Assembly (NCBI GenBank): GCA_947469285.1
Contig: CANIOW010000008.1
Span: forward strand, 16,883-80,882
From: Gammaproteobacteria bacterium
Lineage (GTDB): Bacteria; Pseudomonadota; Gammaproteobacteria; Steroidobacterales; Steroidobacteraceae
DNA: 64,000 nt
Direction: 5' to 3'
The notes below the pieces were generated by a model. The model was not told where the DNA came from and did not search any database. It was given only the letters and a program-made list of their open reading frames with translations. The translations under genes and the position numbers were made by a program. Shown here piece after piece: positions 10,302 to 20,022 of the stretch (position 1 is the first letter of the stretch; every line of letters begins with the position of its first letter).

Positions 10302-11672
10302 ATGGACACTTCTTTACGCAAACCGTGGAATCCGGGCAGCTGGCAAACGCATACAGCCCTGCAACAACCCCAGTACCGTGATTTAGATGCACTGCAAAAG
10401 GCGGTCGATGCGCTCGCACGGTTGCCACCGATTGTGGTGTCTTGGGAGGTCGACGCGCTGAAGACGCAGCTTGCCGAGGCGCAGCGCGGGGAACGCTTTA
10501 TCTTGCAGGGTGGCGATTGCGCGGAGAGCTTCGACGACTGCATGTCTGAATCTGTGGTGCGGCGGCTGAAGATTTTGCTGCAGATGAGCCTGGTGCTGCT
10601 GCACGGGCTGAAGGTGCCGGTGACCCGACTCGGCCGCATGGCTGGTCAGTATGCCAAGCCGCGCAGCGCTGACACCGAAACCCGTGATGGCATCACGTTG
10701 CCGTGTTACCGCGGCGATTTGGTCAATCGTCCGGGGTTTACGCTGGCCGAGCGCGACCCAGACCCGACCTTACTCCTCCGTGGCTACGAGCGCGCTGCCC
10801 TCACTTTGAATTTTGTGCGTGCGCTCGTGGATGGCGGTTTTGCCGACTTGCATCATCCAGAGTACTGGGATCTCGAGTTCTTCCAGCATTCCCCGAATGT
10901 AGGTGCCTACAAAGCGATTGCCGACTCCATCGGCGACTCGCTGCATTTTCTGGAGGCTATCACCGGCAAGCCGGTGGACGATTCCTACCGCGCGGCTTTT
11001 TACGCCAGTCATGAAGGTCTGGTGCTGCATTACGAACAGGCGCAAACGCGCCATATCGCACGGCGCAATGCCTGGTACAACCTGGCGACCCACATGCCAT
11101 GGATTGGCTTGCGTACTGCGCAGCTCGATGGCGCGCATATTGAATATTTCCGGGGGATTGCCAACCCGATCGGCGTCAAGGTGGGCGCAGCCATGGATGA
11201 TGCTTGGCTACAGGAGCTGGTGCAGGTGCTAAACCCGCACCATGAGCCGGGCCGCCTGACGCTGATTCATCGGTTTGGTGCCGATAAAATTGCCGCAAAC
11301 CTGCCGCGCATGATCGATGCCGTGCGGCGTACAGGAGTGCCGGTGTTGTGGATTGCCGATCCCATGCATGGCAATACCGAATCCACGGCGCAGGGCTATA
11401 AAACGCGTCGTTTTGACAAGATTTTGGACGAGCTGGAGCAGTCCTTCCAGGTGCACGAGGAATGCGGTAGTCGGCTCGGTGGTGTGCATCTAGAACTGAC
11501 CGGTGAGGATGTCACCGAATGTACGGGTGGAGCACGCAATCTCGGAGATGCCGACCTGTCGCGTGCTTACCGTTCTAGCGTCGACCCGCGGCTTAACGCC
11601 GAACAGGCGCTGGAGGTGGCGCTGCTGGTGGCGCGTCACCGCGCTCGCGTCCGTCAACAAGCCAAGCGTTGA
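10302..11672 (+). CDS. 3-deoxy-7-phosphoheptulonate (DAHP) synthase, class II
   Basis: ATG at 10302 (MDTSLRKPWNPGSWQ...). 456 aa. Class II (plant/actinobacterial type) features: FILQGGDCAESF, RMAGQYAKPRS, HMPWIGLRT, DPMHGNT, GGVHLELTG. Confidence 0.85.
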   Translation: MDTSLRKPWNPGSWQTHTALQQPQYRDLDALQKAVDALARLPPIVVSWEVDALKTQLAEAQRGERFILQGGDCAESFDDCMSESVVRRLKILLQMSLVLLHGLKVPVTRLGRMAGQYAKPRSADTETRDGITLPCYRGDLVNRPGFTLAERDPDPTLLLRGYERAALTLNFVRALVDGGFADLHHPEYWDLEFFQHSPNVGAYKAIADSIGDSLHFLEAITGKPVDDSYRAAFYASHEGLVLHYEQAQTRHIARRNAWYNLATHMPWIGLRTAQLDGAHIEYFRGIANPIGVKVGAAMDDAWLQELVQVLNPHHEPGRLTLIHRFGADKIAANLPRMIDAVRRTGVPVLWIADPMHGNTESTAQGYKTRRFDKILDELEQSFQVHEECGSRLGGVHLELTGEDVTECTGGARNLGDADLSRAYRSSVDPRLNAEQALEVALLVARHRARVRQQAKR

Positions 11673-12240
11673 CTTCAGCAGCTGGCACCTCGCGCCATTC
11701 GCCAGGTGCCAGTCCTTCTACTGTCCAAGGACCCACGGCATAACGCACCAGCCGCAAGGTAGGTAGGCCCACCGCAGCAGTCATACGGCGTACCTGACGG
11801 TTGCGGCCTTCGCGCAGCTCCAGTTCTAACCACGCCGTGGGTACCCGCAGACGATGGCGAATAGGCGGAGAGCGAGGCCACAATCCTGGTGGTTCTGGGA
11901 TGGGTCGGACCGGTACCGGGAGTGCTAGGCCGTCGCTGAGCAGTACCCCCTGGCGCAGTGGGGTCAGCGTGTCATCGTCGGGGGTGCCTTCTACCTGCAC
12001 ACGGTAGCATTTTGAAACTTTGTGCCGTGGATCGGCGAGCCAGCCTTGCAAGGGTCCATGGTTGGTGAGAAGCACGAGTCCCTCGCTGTCGAAGTCGAGT
12101 CGCCCCGCCGGGTAAACGCCTGGAATGGGCACAAAGTCAGCGAGTGTGGGACGACCTTGACGGTCGGTGAACTGAGTGAGGACGCCATACGGTTTATTCA
12201 CCAGTAGCAGGCGTGGCTGCGAGCCCCATCGATCATCCAT
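11593..12240 (-). CDS. rluE: 23S rRNA pseudouridine synthase, RluE-like (RsuA/RluE family)
   Basis: Start at MDDRWGSQPRLLLVNKPYGVLTQF. Catalytic motif GRLDFDSEGLVLLTNHG. 215 aa. The 3' end overlaps the DAHP synthase 3' end by 80 nt. Confidence 0.8.
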   Translation of the reverse strand: MDDRWGSQPRLLLVNKPYGVLTQFTDRQGRPTLADFVPIPGVYPAGRLDFDSEGLVLLTNHGPLQGWLADPRHKVSKCYRVQVEGTPDDDTLTPLRQGVLLSDGLALPVPVRPIPEPPGLWPRSPPIRHRLRVPTAWLELELREGRNRQVRRMTAAVGLPTLRLVRYAVGPWTVEGLAPGEWREVPAAEVNAWLVDGRERGDAPPAAPPPAPVRR

Positions 12241-13762
12241 GGCGGCTCCCCGCGCACGGGGTTGGCAAAGGGCACACCCCGCTGCGTGGACAGATGAGGG
12301 TCGCAGGTCGTTCGGCGGCATCCGCCACCCAGGCGATGTTCTGGACCTGCGCAACCAAACGTAGGGCATCGCGTACCGCTGGTGCTAGGGTGGCTTGGCC
12401 TTTGCCCCGTCGGCAGGCATCCGCCACGGAGGCAATCAAGGCTTCTGCTGGCAGGCTTTGCGCTTCTAGCGCGGGGGCCAGGTCAATGCCAACTGACAAC
12501 ACATGGCTCGTGTGGCCTGCATCTTCGGTGTGCAGTGAGTGACAGCAATACAAGCGCGGGCCTTGACCTACGTCCATCACGGACACCTGGGAGGTCGGTG
12601 CCAGGCCTTCGTGTGCGGGTTGCGCACCTTCATTCAGTAGTTTGAATACCGCCCAACGCGGGCAGGGGTCTGGCACTAAGCTCATGTTGCCCCACGGTAG
12701 AGCAATGCCATTGCCGCGGTAGACCGCCCGCAGGTAGCCGGGTGGGTAACCGTCGAAGAAATGCCAGTGCCGGTAGGGTGATACGGCCGTCATGCGCCGC
12801 ATGACTACGGCCGGCGTGACGCCGAGCTTGGTGCAGGCAGTCACGCTGTGCGATTCGCGTAGTAAAAACTGGCGAAATGGCTGGCGTGGGCAGAGCAGTG
12901 CGCCGGCAAACATGCTGCATTCGAAATCGCGCCAAGCATACAGCACGTCTTGGGTAGCCATGCCGGGCCGCAGTTGATCGGTCATGTCGTCGCCGAGAAT
13001 GCCAGAGGCTGTGTGCGGCGAAATCATGCCGTCGCCGCCGTGGAGGACCTGATGCCCTAAAAAAAACGCCAAGGCGTATTTCAACCGTTCTTCCCGTTGG
13101 TTCAGCTTGCGGCTGACGACCAGCGTGCCGGGGGCTTCGTAACGCGCTCGCAGCACGGTCCGCCCGTCTGCAGCGTATTCACCCGCTGACCATTTTAATT
13201 TTAAGCCATGGTGTTGGCAGATGCCGAGCAGATCCTCGACCGACAACGGCATGCGACGTCCGCCGGCTTCCTCGGCCGCGCGTTCGATGTCGGGGAAATC
13301 ATTTTGACGGGTCTCCTGCCAGACCCGGATGAGCAGCTGGGCAAAATGACGCCCGCTGGTCCCGGTCTGGGCGAGTAGTTCCGGGAGCGCTGCCTGCAAC
13401 AGGCCCTTGGAGAACAAGAAGGAGGGTTCCAGTGGCATGGTTTCGCCGGTGGTGTCCGGGCGGCCCATTCCCGAGCCACTGCGTCCCGCCGTGAGGTTGG
13501 GCATCAGGCCGGGCGCCTCTTGCGAGTCGTCTAAGAACCAACGCGACTCCTTGCCAAACACGCGGGCAAGCAGTGCTAACACTTCCTTGGAGGGAAAGCG
13601 TTTGCCATTTTCAACCATGCTGAGGTAGGAGGTGGATGGCGCAACCTCCACCTCCAGTTGGACACAGCGCGCGGAAAGTTCATCCAGGGTGAGGCCGTTG
13701 CGCTTACGCAGCGAACGCAGCTTGGCGCCCAGAAAGTGTCCTTGTCGCGGTAATGCAGCCAT
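12233..13762 (-). CDS. XRE-family transcriptional regulator with ImmA/IrrE-like (DUF955) domain, RamB/ScfR-like
   Basis: N-terminal HTH (LGAKLRSLRKRNGLTLDELS...YLSMVENGKRFPS). 509 aa. Divergently oriented to aceB-aceA, the arrangement known for RamB-type glyoxylate-shunt regulators. Confidence 0.75.
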   Translation of the reverse strand: MAALPRQGHFLGAKLRSLRKRNGLTLDELSARCVQLEVEVAPSTSYLSMVENGKRFPSKEVLALLARVFGKESRWFLDDSQEAPGLMPNLTAGRSGSGMGRPDTTGETMPLEPSFLFSKGLLQAALPELLAQTGTSGRHFAQLLIRVWQETRQNDFPDIERAAEEAGGRRMPLSVEDLLGICQHHGLKLKWSAGEYAADGRTVLRARYEAPGTLVVSRKLNQREERLKYALAFFLGHQVLHGGDGMISPHTASGILGDDMTDQLRPGMATQDVLYAWRDFECSMFAGALLCPRQPFRQFLLRESHSVTACTKLGVTPAVVMRRMTAVSPYRHWHFFDGYPPGYLRAVYRGNGIALPWGNMSLVPDPCPRWAVFKLLNEGAQPAHEGLAPTSQVSVMDVGQGPRLYCCHSLHTEDAGHTSHVLSVGIDLAPALEAQSLPAEALIASVADACRRGKGQATLAPAVRDALRLVAQVQNIAWVADAAERPATLICPRSGVCPLPTPCAGSRHG

Positions 13763-13788
13763 ACGTTTCTTCCAGCAGCGGGCTCGGC

Positions 13789-13829
13789 GTGTGAAGTTTA
13801 CAGTGTGAAGTTTCTATTGTGAACATTGT
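13789..13829. repeat. Tandem direct repeats GTGTGAAGTTT (two perfect copies plus one degenerate, 14-nt period) in the regulator/aceB intergenic region
   Basis: Read directly: gtgtgaagttt aca gtgtgaagttt cta ttgtgaacatt. The repeats lie between the divergent start codons at 13762 and 13892. Confidence 0.8.
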
Positions 13830-13891
13830 AGGGGGATATCGCCTAAGATTTTTTGACCGTGGGTTGTCTGCGGTTTATTCCGGAATCGCTC

Positions 13892-15466
13892 ATGCTCCCG
13901 ACCCGTTTTGACCCTGTACGCACCCCAGCACAAGCGGCGCTGTTGTCGGCGGAGGCCTGCGCCTTCGTCGCCGAACTGGCGCAAGAATTCACCCCGCGGG
14001 TGCGTCAGCTGCTGGCAGACCGCGCCATCCGTCAGCAGCGACTGAATAGTGGTGAAAAGCCCGATTTCCTGCCGGAAACGCGGGCTATTCGCGAGGGTGA
14101 CTGGCGGATTGGTCGCATCCCGGCGGATTTGCTCGATCGGCGCGTTGAAATCACTGGGCCGACTGACCGCAAGATGATTATCAATGCCCTGAATTCCGGG
14201 GCGCGCATGTTCATGGCGGATTGCGAGGACTCCCTCTGTCCGAGCTGGGACAACGTGGTGCAAGGGCAGGTCAACCTGCGGGATGCGGTTAACCGGGACA
14301 TCTCCCTGACGCAGGGCGACAAACATTATGGTTTGAATGCCACCACCGCCACGCTGCTGGTGAGACCGCGGGGCTGGCACCTGTTTGAGAAGCACTGGCA
14401 GGTAGGCGGCGAGGCGGTGCCGGGTGCTTTGGTGGATTTTGGCTTGTATCTGTTTCACAACCATGCAGCGTTGCAGGCGCGTGGTACCGGGCCGTATTTC
14501 TATCTGCCGAAGCTGGAAAACCACCGCGAAGCGCGCTTGTGGAATGAAGTCTTCGGGTACGCCGAAAGGCGCTTGGGTATGGTGCACGGCACCATTAAGG
14601 CCACGGTGCTCATTGAGACCATCGTTGCTGCCTTTGAGATGGACGAGATCCTCTGGGAGCTACGCGACTACATCGTGGGTCTCAACTGTGGACGCTGGGA
14701 CTATATTTTTAGTTTCATCAAGAAGTTTCACCTCGACCCGGCCTGTGTCCTGCCAGATCGCAGTGCGGTCACCATGACTGCACATTTTCTGCGCAGCTAT
14801 TCGCAACTGCTCATTAAAACATGCCACCGGCGCGGCGCCTTCGCCATGGGCGGCATGGCGGCGCAAATCCCCATCAAAGGGGATCCAGAAGCGAATGCGG
14901 CGGCCATTGCCAAAGTCCGCGCGGATAAGGAGCGCGAGGCCGGCGATGGTCACGATGGCACCTGGGTAGCGCACCCGGCCTTGGTCTCGGTGGCGATGGA
15001 AGTGTTTGATCGGCTAGTTCCAGGCCCAAACCAGCTGGAGCGGCGACGAGAGGATGTGCAGGTGACGGCCGCCGATATACTCACCGTTCCGGCGGGCGAC
15101 ATCACTGAAGCCGGTGTGCGGATGAACCTGGATGTGAGCGTGCGCTATCTGGCTTCCTGGCTTGGCGGCAATGGCTGTGTACCGATTCATCATCTGATGG
15201 AAGACGCTGCCACCGCCGAAATTTCCCGAGCGCAGCTCTGGCAGTGGGTACATCACGCTTGCCGGCTGGTGGATGGTCGGCCGATCACTCTTTCCTGGGT
15301 GCTAGAGGCATTGGCCGAAGAACTCGGTAGAATCCGCGCCGAGTTGGGCCTGTTAGCCTTCGACGCCGGACATTTTGCACGAGCGGCGCAGTTGGTGGAG
15401 GCGCTGGTGGCGGGCGAAAGCTTCGAGGAGTTCCTGACGCTGGGTGCCTACCGCGCTATCGACTGA
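13892..15466 (+). CDS. aceB: Malate synthase A
   Basis: First ATG of the ORF; the track start at 13853 is a TTG. Collinear with E. coli AceB: DWRIGRIPADLLDRRVEITGP, MFMADCEDSLCP, and a TIM-barrel core. About 524 aa. Confidence 0.9.
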   Translation: MLPTRFDPVRTPAQAALLSAEACAFVAELAQEFTPRVRQLLADRAIRQQRLNSGEKPDFLPETRAIREGDWRIGRIPADLLDRRVEITGPTDRKMIINALNSGARMFMADCEDSLCPSWDNVVQGQVNLRDAVNRDISLTQGDKHYGLNATTATLLVRPRGWHLFEKHWQVGGEAVPGALVDFGLYLFHNHAALQARGTGPYFYLPKLENHREARLWNEVFGYAERRLGMVHGTIKATVLIETIVAAFEMDEILWELRDYIVGLNCGRWDYIFSFIKKFHLDPACVLPDRSAVTMTAHFLRSYSQLLIKTCHRRGAFAMGGMAAQIPIKGDPEANAAAIAKVRADKEREAGDGHDGTWVAHPALVSVAMEVFDRLVPGPNQLERRREDVQVTAADILTVPAGDITEAGVRMNLDVSVRYLASWLGGNGCVPIHHLMEDAATAEISRAQLWQWVHHACRLVDGRPITLSWVLEALAEELGRIRAELGLLAFDAGHFARAAQLVEALVAGESFEEFLTLGAYRAID

Positions 15467-15527
15467 ATTTTGCTGTTTTGATTGTTGTTGACTCATTCTT
15501 ATCCCGTTTCTTTTGCCGGAGATTTTC

Positions 15528-16805
15528 ATGACGTTTCTGACTGCTGAACAGCTTGCCCACGAATGGGCGACAAATCCCCGCTGGGTGGGTGTGCAGCGCG
15601 GCTATAGCGCCGCGGATGTGGTTCGCTTACGGGGTTCGGTGCATGTTGAGCACTCGCTTGCCCGTCTGGGTGCGGAAAAGTTGTGGCGTCATATGAACGA
15701 AAAACCGTTCGTCAATGCACTCGGCGCACTCACCGGCAACCAGGCGATGCAGCAGGTCAAGGCCGGCCTCAATGCCATCTACCTCTCTGGCTGGCAAGTG
15801 GCGGGCGACGCCAATACGGCCGGTGAAATGTATCCCGACCAATCTTTGTACCCGGTCAACTCGGTGCCGGAGGTGGTGCGCAAAATCAATAACACGCTGC
15901 TGCGCGCCGACCAGTTGCACCACGCCGAAGGCGACCACAGCATCGACTGGCTGCAGCCGATTGTGGCCGACGCCGAGGCCGGTTTTGGTGGTGTGCTCAA
16001 TGCCTTCGAACTGATGAAGTCGATGATTGCGGCCGGCGCTGCCGGCGTGCATTTTGAGGACCAGTTGTCTTCAGCCAAAAAGTGCGGACACATGGGTGGC
16101 AAGGTGCTGGTACCTACCCAGGAAGCCGTGGCCAAGCTGATCGCTGCACGCTTGGCTGCCGATGCGGCCGGCGTCTCGACCGTGCTGGTCGCGCGTACCG
16201 ACGCGGAGTCCGCGAACCTCATCACTTCCGATATCGACGAGCGTGATCGTCAGTTCATCACTTCTCCGGAACGGACGGCTGAAGGATTCTTCTACGTGAA
16301 TGCTGGCCTCGACCAGGCCATTGCCCGCGGTCTGGCCTATGCGCCGTATGCGGACCTGATCTGGTGCGAGACCGGTAAACCCGATCTGGTGGAGGCCAAG
16401 CATTTTGCGGAAGCCATTCACAAGCAGTTCCCGGGCAAGAAGCTTGCTTATAACTGTTCGCCTTCCTTCAACTGGAAGAAGAAACTGGACGATGCCACCA
16501 TCGCCAAATTTCAGCGCGAACTCGGAGCCATGGGCTACAAGTTCCAGTTCATTACCCTCGCAGGCTTCCATGCGCTGAATTTCAGCATGTTCCAGCTAGC
16601 CAAGGGCTACCAGGAAAGTCAGATGTCGGCCTACGTGCAGTTGCAGGAAGCCGAGTTCGCCGCTGAGAAGGACGGCTACACGGCCACCCGTCATCAGCGC
16701 GAAGTGGGGGTTGGATACTTCGACGACGTGACGCAGACGATCAGCGGCGGGACCTCCTCGACCACGGCGATGAAGGGCTCGACGGAGGAAGGTCAGTTCC
16801 ACTGA
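15528..16805 (+). CDS. aceA: Isocitrate lyase
   Basis: ATG with GGAG 7 nt upstream; the track start at 15513 is a TTG. ICL signature KKCGHMGGK. 425 aa. Confidence 0.95.
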   Translation: MTFLTAEQLAHEWATNPRWVGVQRGYSAADVVRLRGSVHVEHSLARLGAEKLWRHMNEKPFVNALGALTGNQAMQQVKAGLNAIYLSGWQVAGDANTAGEMYPDQSLYPVNSVPEVVRKINNTLLRADQLHHAEGDHSIDWLQPIVADAEAGFGGVLNAFELMKSMIAAGAAGVHFEDQLSSAKKCGHMGGKVLVPTQEAVAKLIAARLAADAAGVSTVLVARTDAESANLITSDIDERDRQFITSPERTAEGFFYVNAGLDQAIARGLAYAPYADLIWCETGKPDLVEAKHFAEAIHKQFPGKKLAYNCSPSFNWKKKLDDATIAKFQRELGAMGYKFQFITLAGFHALNFSMFQLAKGYQESQMSAYVQLQEAEFAAEKDGYTATRHQREVGVGYFDDVTQTISGGTSSTTAMKGSTEEGQFH

Positions 16806-16820
16806 TGCTAAAATGCCGGC

Positions 16821-17471
16821 ATGGAGTTTGATGCTGCATGCCGGCGCTGCCCAAGGTTGACGCGTTTCCTCGACGAGGTACGCGTCAGCCATCCGGGTTA
16901 TCACGCGGCCCCTGTGCCCGCCTTTGGGGTGGCGCATCCGTCGTTGCTCGTCGTCGGGTTGGCGCCGGGCATGCATGGGGCAAACCGCACCGGCCGGCCT
17001 TTCACCGGAGACCACGCCGGTCTGCTGCTGTACCAGACGCTGCATAAGGTTGGGTTTGCTAGCCGCGCAGAATCGGTGGCTGCTGATGACGGCCTGCAGC
17101 TGCAGGGTTGTCGCATCACCAACGCGGTCCGCTGCCTGCCACCGGGCAATAAGCCCCTGCCGTTAGAAATACAGACCTGTAACGGTTTTCTGCAGGACGA
17201 TCTGGCCGCTGTCCTTCCCGGGGGAGCAGTGCTGGCACTCGGCCGAGTGGCGCACGAGGCGGTGCTCCGGGCGCTCGGCCAGCGGCTGTCTGCTCACCCG
17301 TTTGCCCATGGTGCAGAACATGGGCTAGGGGAGGGCACCCGGTTGTTCGATTCCTACCATTGCAGCCGCTATAACACCCAGACGCGGCGCCTGACAGCCG
17401 AGATGTTTGCTCAAGTCGTCGATAGGGCGGGACAATGGGCTCGTGAGCACTCATCCCCCCAGCACCGCTGA
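16821..17471 (+). CDS. Uracil-DNA glycosylase superfamily protein (family 4/5-like)
   Basis: CRRCPRL cysteine motif followed by GLAPGMHGANRTGRPFTGD, and a C-terminal HCSRYN motif. 216 aa. Confidence 0.75.
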   Translation: MEFDAACRRCPRLTRFLDEVRVSHPGYHAAPVPAFGVAHPSLLVVGLAPGMHGANRTGRPFTGDHAGLLLYQTLHKVGFASRAESVAADDGLQLQGCRITNAVRCLPPGNKPLPLEIQTCNGFLQDDLAAVLPGGAVLALGRVAHEAVLRALGQRLSAHPFAHGAEHGLGEGTRLFDSYHCSRYNTQTRRLTAEMFAQVVDRAGQWAREHSSPQHR

Positions 17472-19284
17472 AACGCCGTTTGACCCAAAGGCCTTCGTGG
17501 CGACCCTGCCGCTGCGACCGGGGGTTTACCGCATGTTTGCCGCCGACGGCGAAATTCTTTACGTCGGTAAGGCCCGCCAACTAAAACAGCGCGTGGGCAG
17601 CTATTTTCGTGCGGACCTGCTGGCGCCGAAGGTGGTGGCGATGGTGCGGCTGATTGCGCGCATTGAAGTCACGGTCACCGGTTCAGATACCGAAGCGCTG
17701 CTGCTCGAGTTCAACCTCATCAAGCAGCACAAGCCGCACTACAACGTGCTGCTGAAGGATGACAAGACTTTCCCCTATCTGCGCTTGTCAGCCCACAACT
17801 TTCCGCGGATGACTTTTTACCGCGGTGTACGCCGGGCGCCGGATCGGTATTTCGGACCCTACCCCAGCACTTGGGCGGTTCGTGAAACGGCCCAGCAGCT
17901 ACAGAAGCTGTTTCGGCTGCGTCCTTGTGAGGACACATTCTTCGCTCACCGCTCGCGGCCGTGCCTGCAGCACCAGATCCAGCGTTGTTCCGCGCCGTGT
18001 GTCGGGCTGATCTCGCGCGAGGATTACGCCCAGGATGTGGCGGCAGCTGTCAGCGTGCTGGAGGGGCGGAACGATGAAGTAGCACGCAGTTTAGGGCAGC
18101 GCATGGAAGCGCATGCCGAGGCGCTCGAATACGAGAAAGCAGCGCTGTTGCGCAACCAACTGTCGGCCCTGCGAAAATTGCAGGAACAACAGATTATCAC
18201 CTCGGCCACCGACACGGATTGCGATGCGGTAGCACTGGCGGAAGCTAACGGTGAGTACTGCGTTGGGCTGTTGTTCATTCGCGGTGGGCGGAGTCTTGGA
18301 ACCACGACCTTTTTTCCGCGAACCGGGGTGGCTGAACCTGACGAAGTGCTGTCGGCGTTTTTGGCCCAGTACTACCTGGAGCGTGAGGCGCCGCGGGAAG
18401 TGTTGGTTTCGCTGACGCTGGACGATGCAGCGGCCCTTGAGGAAGGCATGAGTACACGCGCCGGTCACAAGGTGAAACTGCACCGCGCACAGCGTGGGCT
18501 CAAAGTGAAATGGCTGGAGGTGACGCGGGAAAATGCGGAGCAGGCGCTGCGCATGAAGCTGTCGCATCGCGCGGGCGTGGCCGGCCAGCTGGCGGCGCTG
18601 GGCGAGGCGCTTGGGTTGCCCGTACCGCCACGACGCATTGAGTGTTTTGACATCAGCCACACGGGTGGCGAGGCGACGGTGGCGTCGTGTGTGGTGTTCG
18701 GGCCGGAAGGCCCCAGCAAGACCGAATATCGTCGCTTCAACATTGAAGGGATTGAGCCGGGTGACGACTACGGAGCCATGCGCCAGGCGCTGGAGCGGCG
18801 TTTTAAACGCATCAAGGCTGGTGAGTCGCCGCTGCCTGATGTGCTGTTGATCGACGGCGGCAAAGGCCAATTGGCGCAGGCCGAAACTGTGCTCGCCCAG
18901 TTGGGGGTGGTCGTGCCGGCCGTGGTTGGCGTCGCCAAGGGAGCGGACCGCCGTGTGGGTCAGGAGCGCTTGTTCCGTATGGGAGCGGAGCATGCAGACC
19001 TGTTGCCACCCGACTCACCGGCTTTGCACGTGGTGCAGCGCATACGTGATGAGGCCCACCGGTTTGCGATTACCGGACACCGCCGGAGCCGGGCTAAGGC
19101 CCGCCAGGGGTCGGTACTGGATGACGTGCCTGGCCTTGGGCCGGCACGGCGGCGCGCATTATTGAAGCAATTCGGTGGGTTAAAAGGGGTACAGTTGGCA
19201 GGCCTCAGGGATTTGGCTGCGGTGCAAGGCATCGGTCCACATCTCGCGCAGGTCATTTATGATCACCTCCACGCCGCCAGCTGA
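17443..19284 (+). CDS. uvrC: Excinuclease ABC subunit C
   Basis: GIY-YIG motif (PGVYRMF...GEILYVGKA), UVR domain, endonuclease V-like domain and a C-terminal (HhH)2. The start is uncertain: GTG at 17443 gives 613 aa, close to E. coli's 610 aa, while TTG at 17407 is also possible. Either start overlaps the udg 3' end. Confidence 0.9.
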   Translation: MSTHPPSTAETPFDPKAFVATLPLRPGVYRMFAADGEILYVGKARQLKQRVGSYFRADLLAPKVVAMVRLIARIEVTVTGSDTEALLLEFNLIKQHKPHYNVLLKDDKTFPYLRLSAHNFPRMTFYRGVRRAPDRYFGPYPSTWAVRETAQQLQKLFRLRPCEDTFFAHRSRPCLQHQIQRCSAPCVGLISREDYAQDVAAAVSVLEGRNDEVARSLGQRMEAHAEALEYEKAALLRNQLSALRKLQEQQIITSATDTDCDAVALAEANGEYCVGLLFIRGGRSLGTTTFFPRTGVAEPDEVLSAFLAQYYLEREAPREVLVSLTLDDAAALEEGMSTRAGHKVKLHRAQRGLKVKWLEVTRENAEQALRMKLSHRAGVAGQLAALGEALGLPVPPRRIECFDISHTGGEATVASCVVFGPEGPSKTEYRRFNIEGIEPGDDYGAMRQALERRFKRIKAGESPLPDVLLIDGGKGQLAQAETVLAQLGVVVPAVVGVAKGADRRVGQERLFRMGAEHADLLPPDSPALHVVQRIRDEAHRFAITGHRRSRAKARQGSVLDDVPGLGPARRRALLKQFGGLKGVQLAGLRDLAAVQGIGPHLAQVIYDHLHAAS

Positions 19285-19311
19285 AGCGGCTTTCTGACCC
19301 ACCGGTGCCCT

Positions 19312-19893
19312 GTGGCTGCGCGTTCCTTGCTCAACATCGCCAACGTTCTCACGGGGCTACGCATCGTCGCCATCCCCTTGGTCGTGGTGCTGTTTTTTCT
19401 CCCCTATGAGTGGAGCGACGTGGCCAGCGGGCTGCTGTTTGCCGCGGCCGGCATCACGGATGGGCTGGATGGCTACTTTGCGCGTAAATATGGCCAGATG
19501 ACCCCGCTTGGCGCGTTTCTGGACCCGGTGGCGGACAAGCTGATCGTGGCAGTGGCGCTGGTCCTGATCGTCTCGCGCGACCCACAGTGGTGGATGACCA
19601 TTACCGCGGCCGTGATCATCGGGCGTGAAATTGCTATTTCCGCACTGCGTGAATGGATGGCAGAGATTGGGGCGCGGCGTAAAGTGGCGGTGTCGTCCAT
19701 TGGCAAGTACAAGACCATCCTGCAGATCGTTGGATTGTCGATGCTGCTGTTCCGCGAGGATATCCTTTTTATCCCTATTTACCGCCTGGGCATTTTGTTG
19801 ACGGTATTGGCCGCCGTACTGACCTTGTGGTCGATGGTGGTGTACCTGCGGTCCGCCTGGCCGGACCTCACCGCGCACAGCGATAGCACTTGA
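19312..19893 (+). CDS. pgsA: CDP-diacylglycerol--glycerol-3-phosphate 3-phosphatidyltransferase
   Basis: CDP-alcohol phosphatidyltransferase motif DGLDGYFARKYGQMTPLGAFLDPVADK. Multiple TM helices. Conserved uvrC-pgsA-tRNA synteny. GTG start. Confidence 0.9.
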   Translation: MAARSLLNIANVLTGLRIVAIPLVVVLFFLPYEWSDVASGLLFAAAGITDGLDGYFARKYGQMTPLGAFLDPVADKLIVAVALVLIVSRDPQWWMTITAAVIIGREIAISALREWMAEIGARRKVAVSSIGKYKTILQIVGLSMLLFREDILFIPIYRLGILLTVLAAVLTLWSMVVYLRSAWPDLTAHSDST

Positions 19894-19917
19894 CACTAGC
19901 GCGGATATCCCTAAAAT
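19890..19917 (+). promoter_or_regulatory. Near-consensus sigma70-type promoter for the tRNA-Gly/tRNA-Cys unit
   Basis: TTGACA (19890-19895, overlapping the pgsA stop codon), a 16-nt spacer, then TAAAAT (19912-19917). The tRNA starts 16 nt downstream. Confidence 0.6.
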
Positions 19918-19932
19918 TACGTGCTCTCGCGA

Positions 19933-20008
19933 GCGGGAATAGCTCAGTTGGTAGAGCGCAACCTTGCCAAGGTTGAGGTCGCGAGTTCGAGCCTCGTTTC
20001 CCGCTCCA
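19933..20008 (+). tRNA. tRNA-Gly (anticodon GCC)
   Basis: GCGGGAATAGCTCAGTTGGTAGAGCGCAACCTTGCCAAGGTTGAGGTCGCGAGTTCGAGCCTCGTTTCCCGCTCCA folds as a cloverleaf. The acceptor stem GCGGGAA pairs with TTCCCGC. The anticodon loop is CTTGCCAAG, and CCA is encoded. Confidence 0.95.
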
Positions 20009-20022
20009 TTTCTTCATCAGGC

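Noticed and set aside
13049-13056. A8/T8 homopolymers in the XRE regulator gene (13049-13056) and in mltG (42400-42407) as possible phase-variation tracts
   Set aside because: They are A/T runs of marginal length inside conserved core or regulatory genes, where frameshifting would be deleterious. Unlike the G9 tract, they have no accessory context.
13814-14587. 257-aa ORF antisense to aceB
   Set aside because: High-GC antisense artefact with no recognisable domain. The aceB frame has full-length homology.
18091-18993. 300-aa ORF antisense to uvrC
   Set aside because: Its Arg/His/Gln/Pro-rich composition is typical of out-of-frame or antisense reading in high-GC DNA. It is fully embedded in a gene with clear homology.
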